From a virus (taxonomy: Duplodnaviria > Heunggongvirae > Uroviricota > Caudoviricetes), in IMG/VR virus record IMGVR_UViG_3300042558_002764, positions 106,906-170,905 of that record: a stretch of 64,000 bases of DNA; one strand, written 5' to 3'. This document shows, piece by piece, positions 63,976-64,000 of the stretch (the first letter of the stretch is position 1; the number at the start of each line of letters is the position of its first letter). The notes beneath the pieces are model-generated. The model was given only the letters and a program-made list of their open reading frames with translations, did not search any database and had not been told where the DNA came from. A program made the translations under genes and the position numbers.

Positions 63976-63998
63976 CAAAAAGAAAAAGTTCTTTGACA
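63976..63998 (+). repeat. Copy 2 of the motif ACAAAAAGAAAAAGTTCTTTGA.
   Basis: Matches 47127-47150. It is preceded by a 10-bp hairpin, GGGGGTAGGA..TCCTACTCCC. Confidence 0.5.
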
Positions 63999-64000
63999 TA

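Overview
This window looks like part of a large, AT-rich, virulent dsDNA phage, with a T4-like DNA-metabolism core. More than 95% of coding is on the + strand, often with ATGA/TAATG start-stop overlaps. Bacteroidetes-type -7 promoter boxes (TAnnTTTG) sit 4-6 nt upstream of many ATGs. This points to a Flavobacteriia-type host and leaderless early transcripts. Content in order: (1) a structural block (1-6.0 kb). (2) A replication/recombination block: a RuvC-like resolvase, a DnaG-type primase, a RecB-family PD-(D/E)XK nuclease, a split Mre11/Rad50 (gp47/gp46-like) pair, a sigma-70 family factor fused by overlap to a Sir2/sirtuin gene, and RNase HII. (3) Three tail-fibre-like genes that share an N-terminal module; one carries Hep_Hag-like tandem repeats. 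(4) A lysis cassette: a holin-like protein and a GH24 lysozyme. (5) A chaperone and RNA-handling cluster: Nudix, RNase HII, full-length DnaJ, a SlyD-type FKBP, and a Ro60-like (helical N-terminus + vWA/MIDAS) protein followed by about 500 nt of ORF-free, structured, terminator-capped DNA that is a candidate Y-RNA-like ncRNA locus. (6) Two tRNA arrays, at 47.0-48.7 kb and 57.2-58.3 kb, holding 20 hand-folded canonical tRNAs plus about five degenerate tRNA-like elements. The arrays bracket an island of about 8.5 kb. The island encodes a T9SS C-terminal-sorting-domain surface protein (the only long minus-strand gene) and a complete two-component signalling module: a cytoplasmic GAF-PAS-PAS histidine kinase, a periplasmic-sensor histidine kinase paralog, a secreted partner protein, a stand-alone receiver, and a coiled-coil membrane protein. 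(7) Auxiliary genes: a metallophosphatase, two HAD-like phosphatases, a ferritin-like protein, an SPFH/band-7 protein with a small membrane partner, and a lipoprotein. No CRISPR array, integrase, transposase or reverse transcriptase was seen. All calls are from reading the sequence by eye and should be confirmed computationally.
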